A stretch of DNA of 64,000 nt. Origin: Chlorokybus atmophyticus. Its lineage: Eukaryota > Plantae > Mesostigma and Chlorokybus algae. Positions 25,071-38,290 of this stretch are shown here, in pieces (within the stretch, counting starts at the first letter, position 1; each line of letters opens with the position of its first letter). Below the pieces are notes generated by a model. The model saw only the letters and a program-made list of their open reading frames with translations, did not search any database and had not been told where the DNA came from. The stretch is taken from contig RHPI01000026.1 in NCBI GenBank assembly GCA_009103225.1, positions 753,103-817,102 of the forward strand, in the 5' to 3' direction. Both the position numbers and the translations under genes were made by a program.

Positions 25071-27883
25071 CAGCTTGTGGATGCCAGGGTTGCGTCAGCC
25101 ATGCAGCAGCCTGAGGTATGCATGCGCTTACCTTCTTAAGTATGTCTTGCGTTTCAAGATGTGCCACCACATAACTTTTGCTTCGTTAAAAAGCAGCATA
25201 GGCCGGTCGCTATGAGGTCATCAGGCGTTGGTGGCAGAGCAGGTGATGGCTGACACACCGCTTGACGTTAAAGGACCATGACTGGTCCGTGCCTTCGGGC
25301 CGGGATTCTTCCGGGATTTTCCCGGGATTTTTCCCTGCTTAATGAAATCGGTAGATCATGTATGGTCCGGCTGTCATTGATAGTCGGACCATGCATGGTC
25401 CAAACCTCACGTGAACGGTCCCATGTTTTTTGGTGGTCGCACCATGTTTGGTCCGGCCGGTTTCCGGTCGCGTCAGGACCAGGTACGAGCCAGCCAGCGA
25501 ACCAGGGACTCAGTCATGAAACTGCCCTTAACAGTCATTACTGGTCCGGCCAGCGGACCATTGACCGCAATATATATTCATAAGCATCAGATGTTATTGC
25601 CAATGACGAATGAATGCTCTATCTTGAGCCGACGGCACCAGCCACGCCCGGCCTGCGGGGCCGCAGTGGCTGCAGCGCACGAGGCCGCGGCGTCTTAGAA
25701 ACTACTAGTGAAGAACACATGCATGCCGAGAAGCGAACCAAGACCTTTGACAGACGAACACGACACCCTAACCACCGACGGCCGCTTGGCGACTGTCGGC
25801 GGCGGAAATTGCACAGGAAGTCGGCGTTGTAAATTGACAGGCACTGCCTATGGGGCCCATAGGCAGTGCATGTGCTATCAATTTGCGTAGGCTGCACCAG
25901 TATTAATCCACGGTATCACATTATCTAGTCTATTATTGATAACACAGACAGCCGCAACTCGGCGGCTGCCAAGGTTTGTAAACTACAATGCTTTGTTGGG
26001 GGCTGTCCATGAGTATGTAACCTTGTTTGGGGTTGTCACTATCCTGCTTGCGTGCGCATAGACACACCTACATGTGTATATATGTAAGCATTCATGTATA
26101 TATATATATATATATACACATTTACATGATATACATACCAAACACTGAGCATTGCGGCACCAACATAGGTATTTACTGGCTGGTTGGACACAATGCTTGG
26201 TCGGGGCTGTCAATCATGCTGCAGTCTCATAAAAGGCTATTATCATAAATGACGTAATTTATGTATACTTTGTATACGTATTTTTACATGGACGGCTCAC
26301 CCCAAAATACGACTGAGATAGCCATTAACAATTGCGTATTTATGCGTGTAGGATTGAATCGATTTGTGCACACATTTTTTTTTTTTTTTTTTTAATATAC
26401 TAGACATAATGGACGTATACACATGCATAATGTTCATATATACGTAGATACTTAGAAAAACGCATAGAACATGTTTATGGTGCCTGTTCACAAATTTTTG
26501 CAAGTACACGTACGGTACTATGAAGTATGTTGATTGCATAGACAGCCCCTTACAGCTTAATTGACAGCCGGCCGGCTGTCAATCAGCCGCCGACCATTGC
26601 GGCTATCCACTTGCGGTTGTCTACGGTGTATAGCCGACAGTCGGTGCGGCTGTCGGCTATACACGCCGTCAATCAACACGTTAAGTGCACTTGTGCAATC
26701 AGGCATTTAGGCAATCTATTGTACCTTACATAGGTTGTTGCTACCTACTCATGATAGCGGCAGGGCCGCGGTCATTGGTCCGTGCTGCACCGTACATAAT
26801 GCGGCGCGGACCGTGAGGCACCATATACGGTGCGTGCAATTAGGGCCACAGGACTGCGGGACCGCACCTGGTCCGCATTCAAGGGCCAGCGTACATTACT
26901 GCTCCGTGCCGCAGAATGGATGGTGCGGCACGGACCATGCGTGGTGCGCGTCACCGCGCCGATTATTTACAGGCCGCAGGGCCCCGAACGGACCAGGAAC
27001 GGTCCGTCCCGCGGACCAGGCAGTCCTGGTCCACGGGATACGGACAATGCATGGTCCGGGGGGTCCGTGACAGGACCATGCATGGTCCTTCAACGTCAAG
27101 CCGTGTGTGATCTCTCAGTACTACTGGTGACGCTCGCCTGTAGTCTTTTTGAAAGAACTTGTGTTCGAGGCTTGCAGGGATGCTATGGGATTTGAAGACA
27201 ACAAACTGTTTTGCTTGTACAATGGCGTTCAATGAAAGATGAGAAAAAAACGCATAGGCGAGCTAGGTTTGTTAAGTTGTTCGCAATGTCCTCACGCATA
27301 CATCCAATGAAATAAGCGCATATTAATTTGCTCAATGGCGCTGCGGGGTGGTGGGTTGAATCACAAAGCTCGGTCACTAGATGTAATATACAGCATGCAT
27401 GTCTCTCGGGGAGGAGCGGAAAGGGTAGGCTGGTTTCGGCTGAGGGTTCGCCTAGGTGCTAACTACCTACTACTATTTTGAGGCAACACGAGCCCGAAGC
27501 TGCCGAAGACATGGAGCAAGAACTGGGTACTGTTGCATGGTATTTGTCATGCATTGACAGGCAAGCCCCCCTCCTCCTCCCCCTCCTCCTCCTCCTTCCC
27601 TCACTTACTCTCATGATGTGTGGCAAAGCATGTTGATGGCGGCGGGGCATCAGGTGGTCGTGGCGGACAACTATTGCACCGGACATAAGCGATATATGCA
27701 GCAGTAGACTGGTCACACTTTAAGCTTATCAGACATGGTGGGTACAACTGAATGCACGTGTGCGAAACTAGAAATGTTGATGTGTATGTGGGGAGCGCTC
27801 TGGACGTTTTTGAGGAAAATTTGCAGTACGCTGAGGTCGTTGCGTGGCATCGGCGGCAGTTGCGTGCGCAAGTGCCCTTGTAA
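25071..27883 (+). pseudogene. Chimeric pseudogene copy 2: IWR1 exons 4-7, UXS exon, HISN3 last-exon half; interrupted by the CACAC-ended element
   Basis: Same exon order as 15,177-17,399 on the opposite strand: ...RYEVIRR..., ...PEAAEDMEQEL, LMAAGHQVVVADNYCTGHKR, ...[18 protein letters not shown]. Confidence 0.75.
25254..27107. mobile_element. Non-autonomous CACTA-superfamily-like element with CACAC termini, 1,854 bp
   Basis: TIRs CACAC(C/G)GCTTGACGTT(A/G)AAGGACCATG. TGA at 25251-25253 and 27108-27110; the empty paralogous site near 37,215 reads GGCTGA-TCTCTC. Dense GGACC/GGTCC subterminal repeats; no coding capacity seen. Confidence 0.88.
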
Positions 27884-28952
27884 AGTAGAGTTCTACAGAC
27901 TGTGAATGTCATTTTTGCCACACATGTGTGGTCAGTCCTTTGCCCTACTGTACTGTTGTGGTACTCTGCACATGCATGCATACGGTATCATAGACATGCA
28001 TGCGTGGTGTCTGTTGAAATGCCGAGTGCATGTTGCACTATGATTTTTTGCACCTAATCAAGCACGGCGCCCGTATGGGCAGGTAACAACTTGACTACAT
28101 GCATGCTGTGTGAGGTAACAGAGTAGGGGTTAGTGAGTTGGGTAGGAGCTAGCAGCAGCCCGGTGGTGTAAAGTACTGGCATGCCATTGCTTGTATGCTG
28201 CATGTTGTGCATGACAGAGCATGATGTGTGTGTCACCATGCACGTTACTAACCTAGCGTACTATCTCTTATACACTTCCTCTTCCACATCGCATGTATCA
28301 TATACTGTCCACCAGTCACATATATGAGCTCATATGCACCCTCTCCATCCATGCATGCAGCAGACGCTAAACAATGCGGTTTGTTCACACCTGTCACAAT
28401 TATGCCTTGCCGCAATGAATATCTTTCAGCAAGCCAGCGCAAAATCATGCGTGTAGTTGCTCAGCTCACCAAGGGCTCGCCAAGGCAGCATTGCCAGTCA
28501 CAATGCTTTGCACTCTTTCGCAGACAACCGTACATGGGTGTCATTACAGCGCTAGTCGCTGGCCACTGCACCATTCGACACGTCATGCACAGTCTGCAAG
28601 TGTGGAATACGACTAGTACCCTATACATGCCACACCCTACCGTGCTGCCGCACACATCATTGCGCGGAGCAACGCAAGCAGCACTGTCGCCGTGTCAACT
28701 ACGAGAGAAGAGGTTAAAGGCGCTGGCAGGCGGCGGCGGCGGCGGCGGCGGGGCAGAGGCGGCGGCGGCACGGTAGTCGGACAGAGAGAAAGCGAGTGAG
28801 GGTACGACCAGCGGCCAGCCCTCTGTGCGCGGTGAGGGAGGATAACGCCGGCCGTCCTCCGCATACAAGCGCTGCTGCCTGAGGGTCCCCTGTGCCTGCG
28901 GCGATGGCGGATCAGCCCCCCCACCTTTACCTCATCGCACGGTGGCAGGTAG

Positions 28953-29132
<180 letters not shown>

Positions 29133-30284
29133 NGATGTCAAGTTTTCGTATAGGACAACTTGCTTCCAGAAATAACTGTTCATGCCTGCACTGCGGAGTA
29201 GCTGTGCAATGCATCAAACAGAACATACTCCATATCTTAGAAGCTGTTCATGCTTGCACATGCACACTAGCTGCGCTGTTGCAATCACAGGACACACTGC
29301 TTGTCATGAAACAAGCTGATAATGCCCAAACAAGCGCAGTAGCTTTGCACGGCACTAAACACATGAACCTGTCAAATGCGCAATCTGTCACTGTGTGTTA
29401 AGTGGCATTGCTTGTCAACAGGCTTAGGCGTATCAAGGGCAGAAGAAGGATCGGAAGAGGCTTGCACACGGCTTGCGGTGGGGCAAAGTGACGTCGACGG
29501 CATTGGTCACGGCCACGGCCTGGAGATAGGGAGAACGACCAGCGAGCAGCCCTCGGACGCGGGACGCAGGACAGTGCCGCCCTCCTTTTTCCTGCATCGA
29601 CCACCCGGCCTGGCCGCTGCAAGCGCTGCTGCTGGAGGCTCCCCTCTGCCTGCTGCGACTGCGGCGGATCATCCCATAGCTGCAGGTATCAGCTCTCTCT
29701 CGCTCTGTCTCTCTCTGTGTTGCTTGGTACTGCCATGTGGTCTGCCTGTCATCCCTTCTCCCCCGCTCAACAACAACTTTGAGCAGAGGAGACGTTATCT
29801 TATAGGACAACTTGCAATAGAAGCGGTGCGCATGCTTGCACATGCCCGCACAGTACCTATGCATTGCACCGACAGGGCAGACTCGTTGTCTTAAGGGCTG
29901 TTCATGCCAGCACATGCATAGAAAGCAATAGCTGTGCGTCGCGTTAGTAGGGTACACTGCTTGTCATAGCAGAAGTTAATCATGCCCGCACAAGCACAGT
30001 AGCTGTGCATGGCACTATACACATGAAAGTTTCAAGTGCGCACTCTGTCACTAAGATAGCATTATCAACAGGCTTTGGGGTGACCGAGAGGTCACCGCTG
30101 CTGAACAGAGCGGAAAAAGACCAGTGGCACAGCCCTTGGAGCGTGGGAGGGAGGGCAGTGCCGCCCTCCTTTTCCTGCCTTCAGCACTCAGCCTGGCTGC
30201 GTAAGCGTGCTCGAGGCTCCTTTTCTCCTGTTGTGGCGGCTGCGAATCAGTCCCCGATTACCAGCCCATCGCACGGCGGCAGGT

Positions 30285-30790
<506 letters not shown>

Positions 30791-30841
30791 ATTGTTTTGG
30801 TGCTCTTCAACAGGACTTTGGGGGTGATGCGACGCGCGTGA

Positions 30842-33120
30842 ATGGCTTTGCTAGTGTATTTCAAGTTGGGTGAACGCCGGCAAGCCTTCTATCTGTTTGA
30901 AGGCAGGGTTCATGTGGCTGCCGTGCTCGACACCTTCCAGGCATCGCAATTCTCTGTCAAGCATGGTGATGATCTCGTGCCTGTTGGGCTTGCCGCGGGT
31001 CAGTTTGAGCGTTACTCCAACGGCACTTATGAAGCTGGTGCTGAGTATGAGATCACTGTTGTGCCACAGCAGCAAGCCCCTCTTGCTGGCCCAGGTGAGG
31101 TCTTGCTACGCGCCCTGGCCTTGGCCATGTGCGCTTTACAAGGCATACTGTGTCTGCCTTGGCCATGGGTGTCTTGCAAACAAGTATGCTCCAGGAGCTG
31201 CATCGCACAGCACCCTATCTGCTCCCCACCTCCCTCGATGTCTCAATGGCTTTTTCGCACGAGTGTGCACGCTTGACTGTCTTGTACTTTGTGCTGACTC
31301 GGGCGGGTGCATTCGTGCAGGCGCGCCTTCTGCCACACGTGACACCCAGGAGCAATTGCTTGGGCTCACGCAGCAGGTTGCGCAGCTAACGCAGCAGGTT
31401 GCGCAGTACACGCAGCAGCTCGCTACGACAGTCACGCAGCCAGTAGAAGCCGGCAAAAAGCTCATGGAGTCTGCTATTTACACTGAAGAGTTGCTTGCAA
31501 AGTTGGCCTACGTTGAAGAAGACGTGTTGACATCTCTCCTTCAAGCACAAGACGTTCAAGCGCGTTTTCTTGAGGCCAGCCAGCAACAACTCGAAGAGCC
31601 TGTGCAAAAGCTTTATTACACAATCCTGTCCAAGTTGCAGTCCGTGAGGCCCGGAGGAGGGCAGGAACGCCGGTTGCATGTGCAGGATACACATGCAACC
31701 GGCGTTCCCGGACTACACCGAAAACCAGATCTTACAATTACGGACTCTGCCTATGCAACAGCTCCACACATTGTGTGGTATGTTGAGGTCAAGAAAGCCC
31801 TTCGGGAAACGACGTTGCAACGTGAAGCCTTGTATCAGATAAAGGTGCTCTTGGAGGATCTAAAGAGGGAGCAGCCTGCCCGCAATGAGTGGGTGGCAAT
31901 CACGGGTGGTATCGATTGCTTGCAACTGTGGAGCTTGGACAGGCTCGGGACTATTCGCTGTACCCCACAACAGGCGTTGACTTTGGACCGGAGGTCTCCA
32001 GCTCTGCAGACCCTGGTTCGGTTATGGTGTACAGCACCAGAGACTTTGGGTTACAGGCGGCCATATCTACCATCTCCTTTACGACTATACAGTGGGCATT
32101 ATAATGGCAAATCTCTGGAGAAGCTGTTTCTCATGAAGGAGTCAAGCAGCAAGGATGAAGGCATGCTATCACCGCTCATCTCCTACGTCTATCGCGGCGA
32201 GCTACAACCTGACCATGGCTGGGCCATTGCCAAGCACAGCCACAACGCGGAGCAACAGGAACGTGAGGTGTGCAATTGCTTACATGCATACAATGACAGC
32301 AAACGGGCATCAAGGTGTGGTAGCGCACGGACAGTGTTGTTGAATGTGCTGTATGTCAACATGTGGCTGCTTGACAGAGACAAGCTTTGGTAGCATTGAC
32401 CGAGGTCGACAGCGTTGTCAACCTCGTGGGCATGGCAGTCGACAATGACGATGAAAAGCATTATTTGGTCATGCAGCCCGTTGGCGACCTTTTTTCACCA
32501 CTAGAGCCATTGATGATTGTGAGAGCATTTGAGCAGCTATGTGCTGCTATCGGTGCAATTGCAGACAGAGGCTATCTTCATGGAGATATCTCTGCATTCA
32601 ACGTGGTTGGCAGAGCTGATGGGAGCATCATGCTCATCGACTTCGGTGAAGCTCGTCTTTTGAGTCAGGTACCGTCATACAAGCCCATGTGATATACTTG
32701 CATGTTGTCAATTTGCTTTGTTGTACTATGCATGAAGATATGTGCATATGTTTGCAGGCAGCGACCGACGGGTTTGCAACGGGGACGCCTTTGTTCATGG
32801 CGATCACGACGTTGCAAAAAAGGCCGCAAACAGTTTCTTCCGAGCTCGAATCGGCCTTGTATGTATTTCTGTATTGGGCGACGCAAGGTGGATTGCATTG
32901 GCGCAAGGCGCCCTTCGGCTTCCCCTCGGCCATTGACAGCAAATGGACGGCTATGACACTCTTATTTGAGGACAAGGTCTTGAGCAGGATAGACAGCGAC
33001 CAGCTGCGACGCGTTGCACGCAAGCTGCGCGACTTGTTCTTCCCGCTCGGCTTGCAAGACACATATCGGACCGATGTTGTGGCTGCAGATGTGGCATCCC
33101 TTAATCTGAGTGACGCGTAG
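30842..33120 (+). CDS. CR protein copy 2: header B, heptad-repeat linker, REase, FunK1-like kinase; ~617 aa, intact
   Basis: Exons 30842-31094, 31321-32267, 32378-32668 and 32758-33120, GT-AG and in frame. REase-kinase body nearly identical to copy 1. Confidence 0.85.
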
Positions 33121-34649
33121 TTGCGACCATCCTTTCAATGCTTGTGTTGCCGGTGAAGATTCAAGCTGCTGGCGCTGTGTGCACCAAAGATGCAAGTGTG
33201 ATCACGCATATGCATGCATCAGGCCGCACTCACATGGCGCGAAGATCTCCACCATGTCATCATGCTTGCAGCACCTTTTTCTCATTGTTATGATGAACGT
33301 GCAAGTGTTCGATTGGCAACATCTAGCATGCGTATCAACTCAAAGCACACGCACCACCACACGCACACGCACCCAACACCATCTCCAAAAGCTCAACATA
33401 TGCGGCATCCGCCTCGACACTCACACCATGCTGGCAGCAAACATACATACAAACATGTCAAGCATTAGACTTGTTGTTGCTTGCAAAGTTGGCTTGGCAT
33501 GTACCTCAGCTAGTTTCTGCATTATCTATAGTATCGTATAAGTAGTCAACCACCGGGCTATGGATGAACATTTAAATCTGCCTAGCTCACTATGGAATAG
33601 CTAGTACTGATGATGAGTACTAGCACTACCATTACCCCACCACCCCCCGTTTGTCATGCATGCATGCCAGTCAAACAGGTCAATACATGTACACGACGAG
33701 CTTGTCAATCTTTCATCTCCCACAATCCTACATGCGCAAACCCAGGACTCTTTGTCACTTCTCTCCCTCCTCCATTGCCGCCCCACACTCTCTCGCAATA
33801 TGCTCTATGCAGTGCTTGCGAACAATGTTGTCTGCCTGAGAGTGGTCTGACTGTTTGATGTGGTGTGCTGTGCTAGATGTAGGATGTAGAATTGCTGAAT
33901 CGGTGCGGTGTATCATGCGCGTACATTATGTTCTACTCCAAGTAAGCGAGCGACGGATATTTACAAATGCATCCATGTGCACTGCAATGCAAATGTCAGA
34001 GACACAATCGAGCCATCGATGAAGTCACAAAGGTAGGAGACACAAGCAAGAAGGCCGTAGCATGCAGCCTCATCTGCACGCACGCACACACTCACGCACG
34101 CACGCACGCACAGGCCCGCTTATGCATAGCCTGCTACACAGCTATAGTCACCTCAACGGGTCATAAGTAAACAGTATATGGTACTATTTTCAGCATCAGC
34201 ACGACTGAGCACGTGAAACGGCAAACAGTTCTACAAGTTCATCCACCTTAACCCAACGAATGCACATATGTACTGCAATCATGCAAGTTTCCAGTCCACG
34301 TGGGTTTTTCACATCATTGCTACCCGGTGATTACTGATCGCTACTGGTTTCCAATCAGCAACACGCGATGCCCACCCCCCTACCTGCACAACATCAAACT
34401 TCCAGCCACCGCATTGTGCCATAGAAGGTGATAGCAGGTGCGAGACAAGTTACATAACACAACAAGACAAGACATGACACATTGATGGTAAAACACACAC
34501 GCTGAAGGGCAGGACAATCATGGATGACGTGTTCAAGCCGTGTTCAAGATGCACACGCTCGCCTTTACTGATCACACCTGTTGCCAATGTGTGGTGTGCA
34601 CGTGTTCATGGGGTGCGTGTTCGTGTGCTACAACCTTGCGCAAGCGCGC

Positions 34650-36309
34650 TCACTTTGTCAAGCCGAGCCGCTCCCTGAACTCATCAGCCATTCGCACAAG
34701 TCCTCCTCGAAGAGGCACCTGGAGTCGCAATGCCACACACGTTCAACAATAAGTGACTAACAAGCAGAGGTTGAACTAGGCTTGGCTACATGCACCCTCC
34801 AGTGCCCACAACATGGATGCAAGTCCGTTTACGACTGGATTCCGTTGTAGAATGGGGTGCACACACACACACACACACCCCTGAACATGCATGCATGCAT
34901 ACACTCACACACGCAAGCGTACATGCGCACATGTGCACGCGCACGCGCACACCAACCCACGCGCAACTGGAAACGCACCATCGGTTCCCAGCCGAGGGCT
35001 GTTGTGGCTTTGGATATGTTGGGCTTGCGCTGCATCGGATCGTCCGGCGTGTTCTCCTTCACTTCAACTGTTGCGTTGGGTTCCACAAGCTGCCAACACC
35101 GCACACAAGCACGTGTTGGTACTGGCTGCACATGCGTTGAATATATGAAGCGCATTCGAGTCCCAAATGCTACACATCACACTGCTTTCATGGCAGCGAG
35201 ACCATCACATCAGTCACCTCCTTGACCAGGCTCGCCAGCTCGTTGATGGTGAACTCCCCTGAAGAAAAACACGCAAGAAACCCGCTCGCATGTTGGCATG
35301 GGCTATTTGTGCGCAAGCGCAACACACGAAAATAGCTCCGGACTCTGGTTGGACTGTGCTGTAAGTGAATTTACAACAATGCGGCATTCAGTGTGGCGAG
35401 TGTGTTCACACACCTGGATTGCCGAGGTTGACAAGACCAATCTCGTCGCTCTCCATCAACCTTATCAGGCCCTCAACCTGGCCCCGCCACAGTTGCATTG
35501 GTGTAAGGAGCAGAAATAAAACACGCGCTGCATGAACCCACATGACGAGTAGTTGCATGCATACGGCGTGGACTAGCACTTTGGTGGAGCACAAGGAGCA
35601 CATTGAAAGCCGCACCTGCGCGCATGCATATGCACACAGGTGCGCACACGCTCACCAAGTCGGATACATAAGAAGCTGCGCGTTTGCGTCCCGGGCTTAT
35701 ACACAGTCATGGGCTCCCCTCTGAGGTACAGTACACACACACATGTGTCTCGTGACCATCGCACGCGCGAAAGAACAGGGGACAAAACAACGACTAACCA
35801 CATAAACTAGCATTGATGTAAGCAAGGAATGGTATCAACCTACCTCAGAGCCTGGCAGACAAAGTTGCTGACAACGCGGCCATTCGAGATGTGCATGCGC
35901 GGGCGGTACGTGTTGAAGATGCGGGCCACTCTAATATATGCCGTCATTATGCCACATACCAGAGATTAGGCATATAAGCTTCATGATGATGAGGCAACAC
36001 ATGCTTGTCGGAACGGTTGATGTGTGAGAGGGTTGTTGGGCTCACTGACCTACATTGTGTTGGCGGTGGTAATCGAACATGAGGGTCTCGGCTAAGCGCT
36101 TGCCTTCATCGTAACAACTCCTCACACCTTGAATGTTACAACAAATTTAAAAACAAATGTAAACACCCATACCCGTGCACGTATGCATGCACATGCGGAC
36201 GTACACACGCGCACACAAAGAACAAAGAGGGTCGTCCTTCATGGATGAATGCGTTGATACCTATAGGGTTGACGTGGCCCCAGTAGCTCTCTGGTTGCGG
36301 ATGCACCTG
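34650..36309 (-). pseudogene. UXS: 3' half of UXS with introns, frameshifted
   Basis: Exons [52 protein letters not shown] (YGP to YRP), GEPMTV...RSF (2-nt deletion), VEGLIRLMESDEIG, EFTINELA, NTPDDPMQRKP and the last exon. Confidence 0.88.
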
Positions 36310-36334
36310 ATGACCGGCAGGTTCAGGCAGGCTT

Positions 36335-36399
36335 AGGCAGCCTCAGGCACCCGTTGGTCCCTCAGTCATTAGTCGGACACCGTGTAAAATTTGCGACGA
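36335..36399 (-). repeat. Right arm of the inverted repeat bracketing the central block
   Basis: Reverse complement starts TCGTCGCAAATTTTACACGGTG. Confidence 0.8.
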
Positions 36400-36477
36400 C
36401 TACAGCAGTACAGCAGGGCAAAAGACTGACTACACATGTGTAGCAAGAATGACATTCACAGTCTGCAGAACTCTACT

Positions 36478-38200
36478 TTACGCGGGCACTTGCGCACGCA
36501 ACGATCTCAGCGTACTGCAAGTTGCCCCCAACGATGTGGAGAGCGCTGCCCACAAACACATCAACATGTCTAGTTTCGCACACGTGGACTCAGTTGTACC
36601 CACAATGTTTGATAAGTTAAAAATATGACCAGTCTACTGCTGCACACGCTTATGTCTGGTGCAATAGTTGGCCGCCACGACAACCTGATGCCCCGCCGCC
36701 ATCAACCTGCTTTGCCACACATCATGAGAATAAGTGAGGGAAGGAGGAGGAGGAGGGGGAGGAGGAGGGGGGCTTGCCTGTCAATGCATGACAGATACCA
36801 TGCGACAGTACCCAGCTCTTGCTCCATGTCTACGGCAGCTTCGGGCGCGTGTTATCTCGTAAGCGGTGGATAGTTGCACCTAGGCGAGCCCAGCCAAAGC
36901 CAGCCTGCCCTTTCCGCTCCTCCCTCAGAGACATGCATGCTTCATGTTACAACTAGTGACCGAGCGGGTTCAACCCACCACCCCGCAATGCCATTGAGCA
37001 AGTTGATATGCGCTTATTTCATTGAATGTGTGCGTGAGCAAATTGCGAACAACTCAACAAACCTAGCTCGCCTATGCGCTTCTTCCTCATCATCCGTTGA
37101 ACCACATTGTACAAGCAAAACAGTTTGTAGTCTTCATCCCATAGCATCCTTGAAAGCCTCGAACACAAGCTCTGTCAAAAAGACTGAAGGCGAGCATCAC
37201 CAATAGTACGGAGAGATCAGCCATCACTTGCTTTGCCGCCGACGCATGATGACCTCATAGCGACCGGCCTTTTCTGCTTTCTATCGAAGCAAAAGTTATG
37301 TGGTGGCACAGCTTGAAACGCAAGACATACTTAAGAAGGTAAGCGCATGCATACCTCAGGCTGCTGCATAGCTGACGCAACCCTGTCATCCACAAGCTTC
37401 TTCGGTTTCCATCTGGCACTCATGCTTGCGCGCCTTTTTGAGCGTTGTGCAACCACTTGCTGCACACAACGATACCACAGTGTTAGCCACACATACCCTT
37501 CTAGCAATAATGGTGCACTACGTAGTTATGTATCTATGTGGTGAAAGACACAGCATACCCTGACTTCATCGGTTATGGACGCATCACCATCGTGCTGTAA
37601 TGCAACGGTGTCAACAACCGTAGCCCCTCCTACCTCTTGTGTCACTCCTGGACCACAACTGCTTAAGAGATTGAACACGTTGCACAAACAGCAATACGTG
37701 CGCATCGTGCTGCAGCGGTAAATGGTGCGAGTAATGGTACGGTCGCGACTTTTCTATGCGTTGAGCAGAACCAATGGATAGTGCTGTCGTTGATGCCGCT
37801 TAGGTAAGGTGCCTTCGAGACGTGGAAGTTTGCAAAAAGGAGGCAGCAGAGCTTGACAAACAACGTCTTTTGTTGGCTACCATTAACAAGTACAGGCGCG
37901 CGTGCACACCCTTGTGCATGCATCTAGAATTGAACTCCAAACAAATGTCCATTGACTGTACTGCTTTGCATGTAACAAATGACCCTCATTTGCACATTGA
38001 TAGTTGGTAAACAACTAGCTGCATGCCGCCAGCCTTGCATGTCACGCTGTGTACAAGTTGATGCAGAAAGCAGCTTTTGCACCTGGTGACAACATGGCGT
38101 CAAAAATATGGTGCCAATGGTTGTTGACAGCATGCAGCGCACAAACTGCTTCCACGCTTATTCGGAGGACGGCTCATTCTTACACACCAGTTATTGGTTA
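36478..38200 (-). pseudogene. Chimeric pseudogene copy 3: IWR1 exons 2-7, UXS exon, HISN3 last-exon half; 5' truncated
   Basis: Colinear with 15,177-16,990, with additional small deletions. Confidence 0.72.
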
Positions 38201-38290
38201 TTGGAAGACAATTGCGCAGTGTTCACACTCCTTAGTACTGCCATGTTCAAAAACTGCATGTACAGTGGTAATGATTGTACTTGTCCTACG

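Noticed and set aside
25254-25570. Regularly recurring GGACC/GGTCC motifs resembling a CRISPR-like array
   Set aside because: Irregular spacing, no constant repeat-spacer length, eukaryotic context; explained as transposon subterminal repeats.
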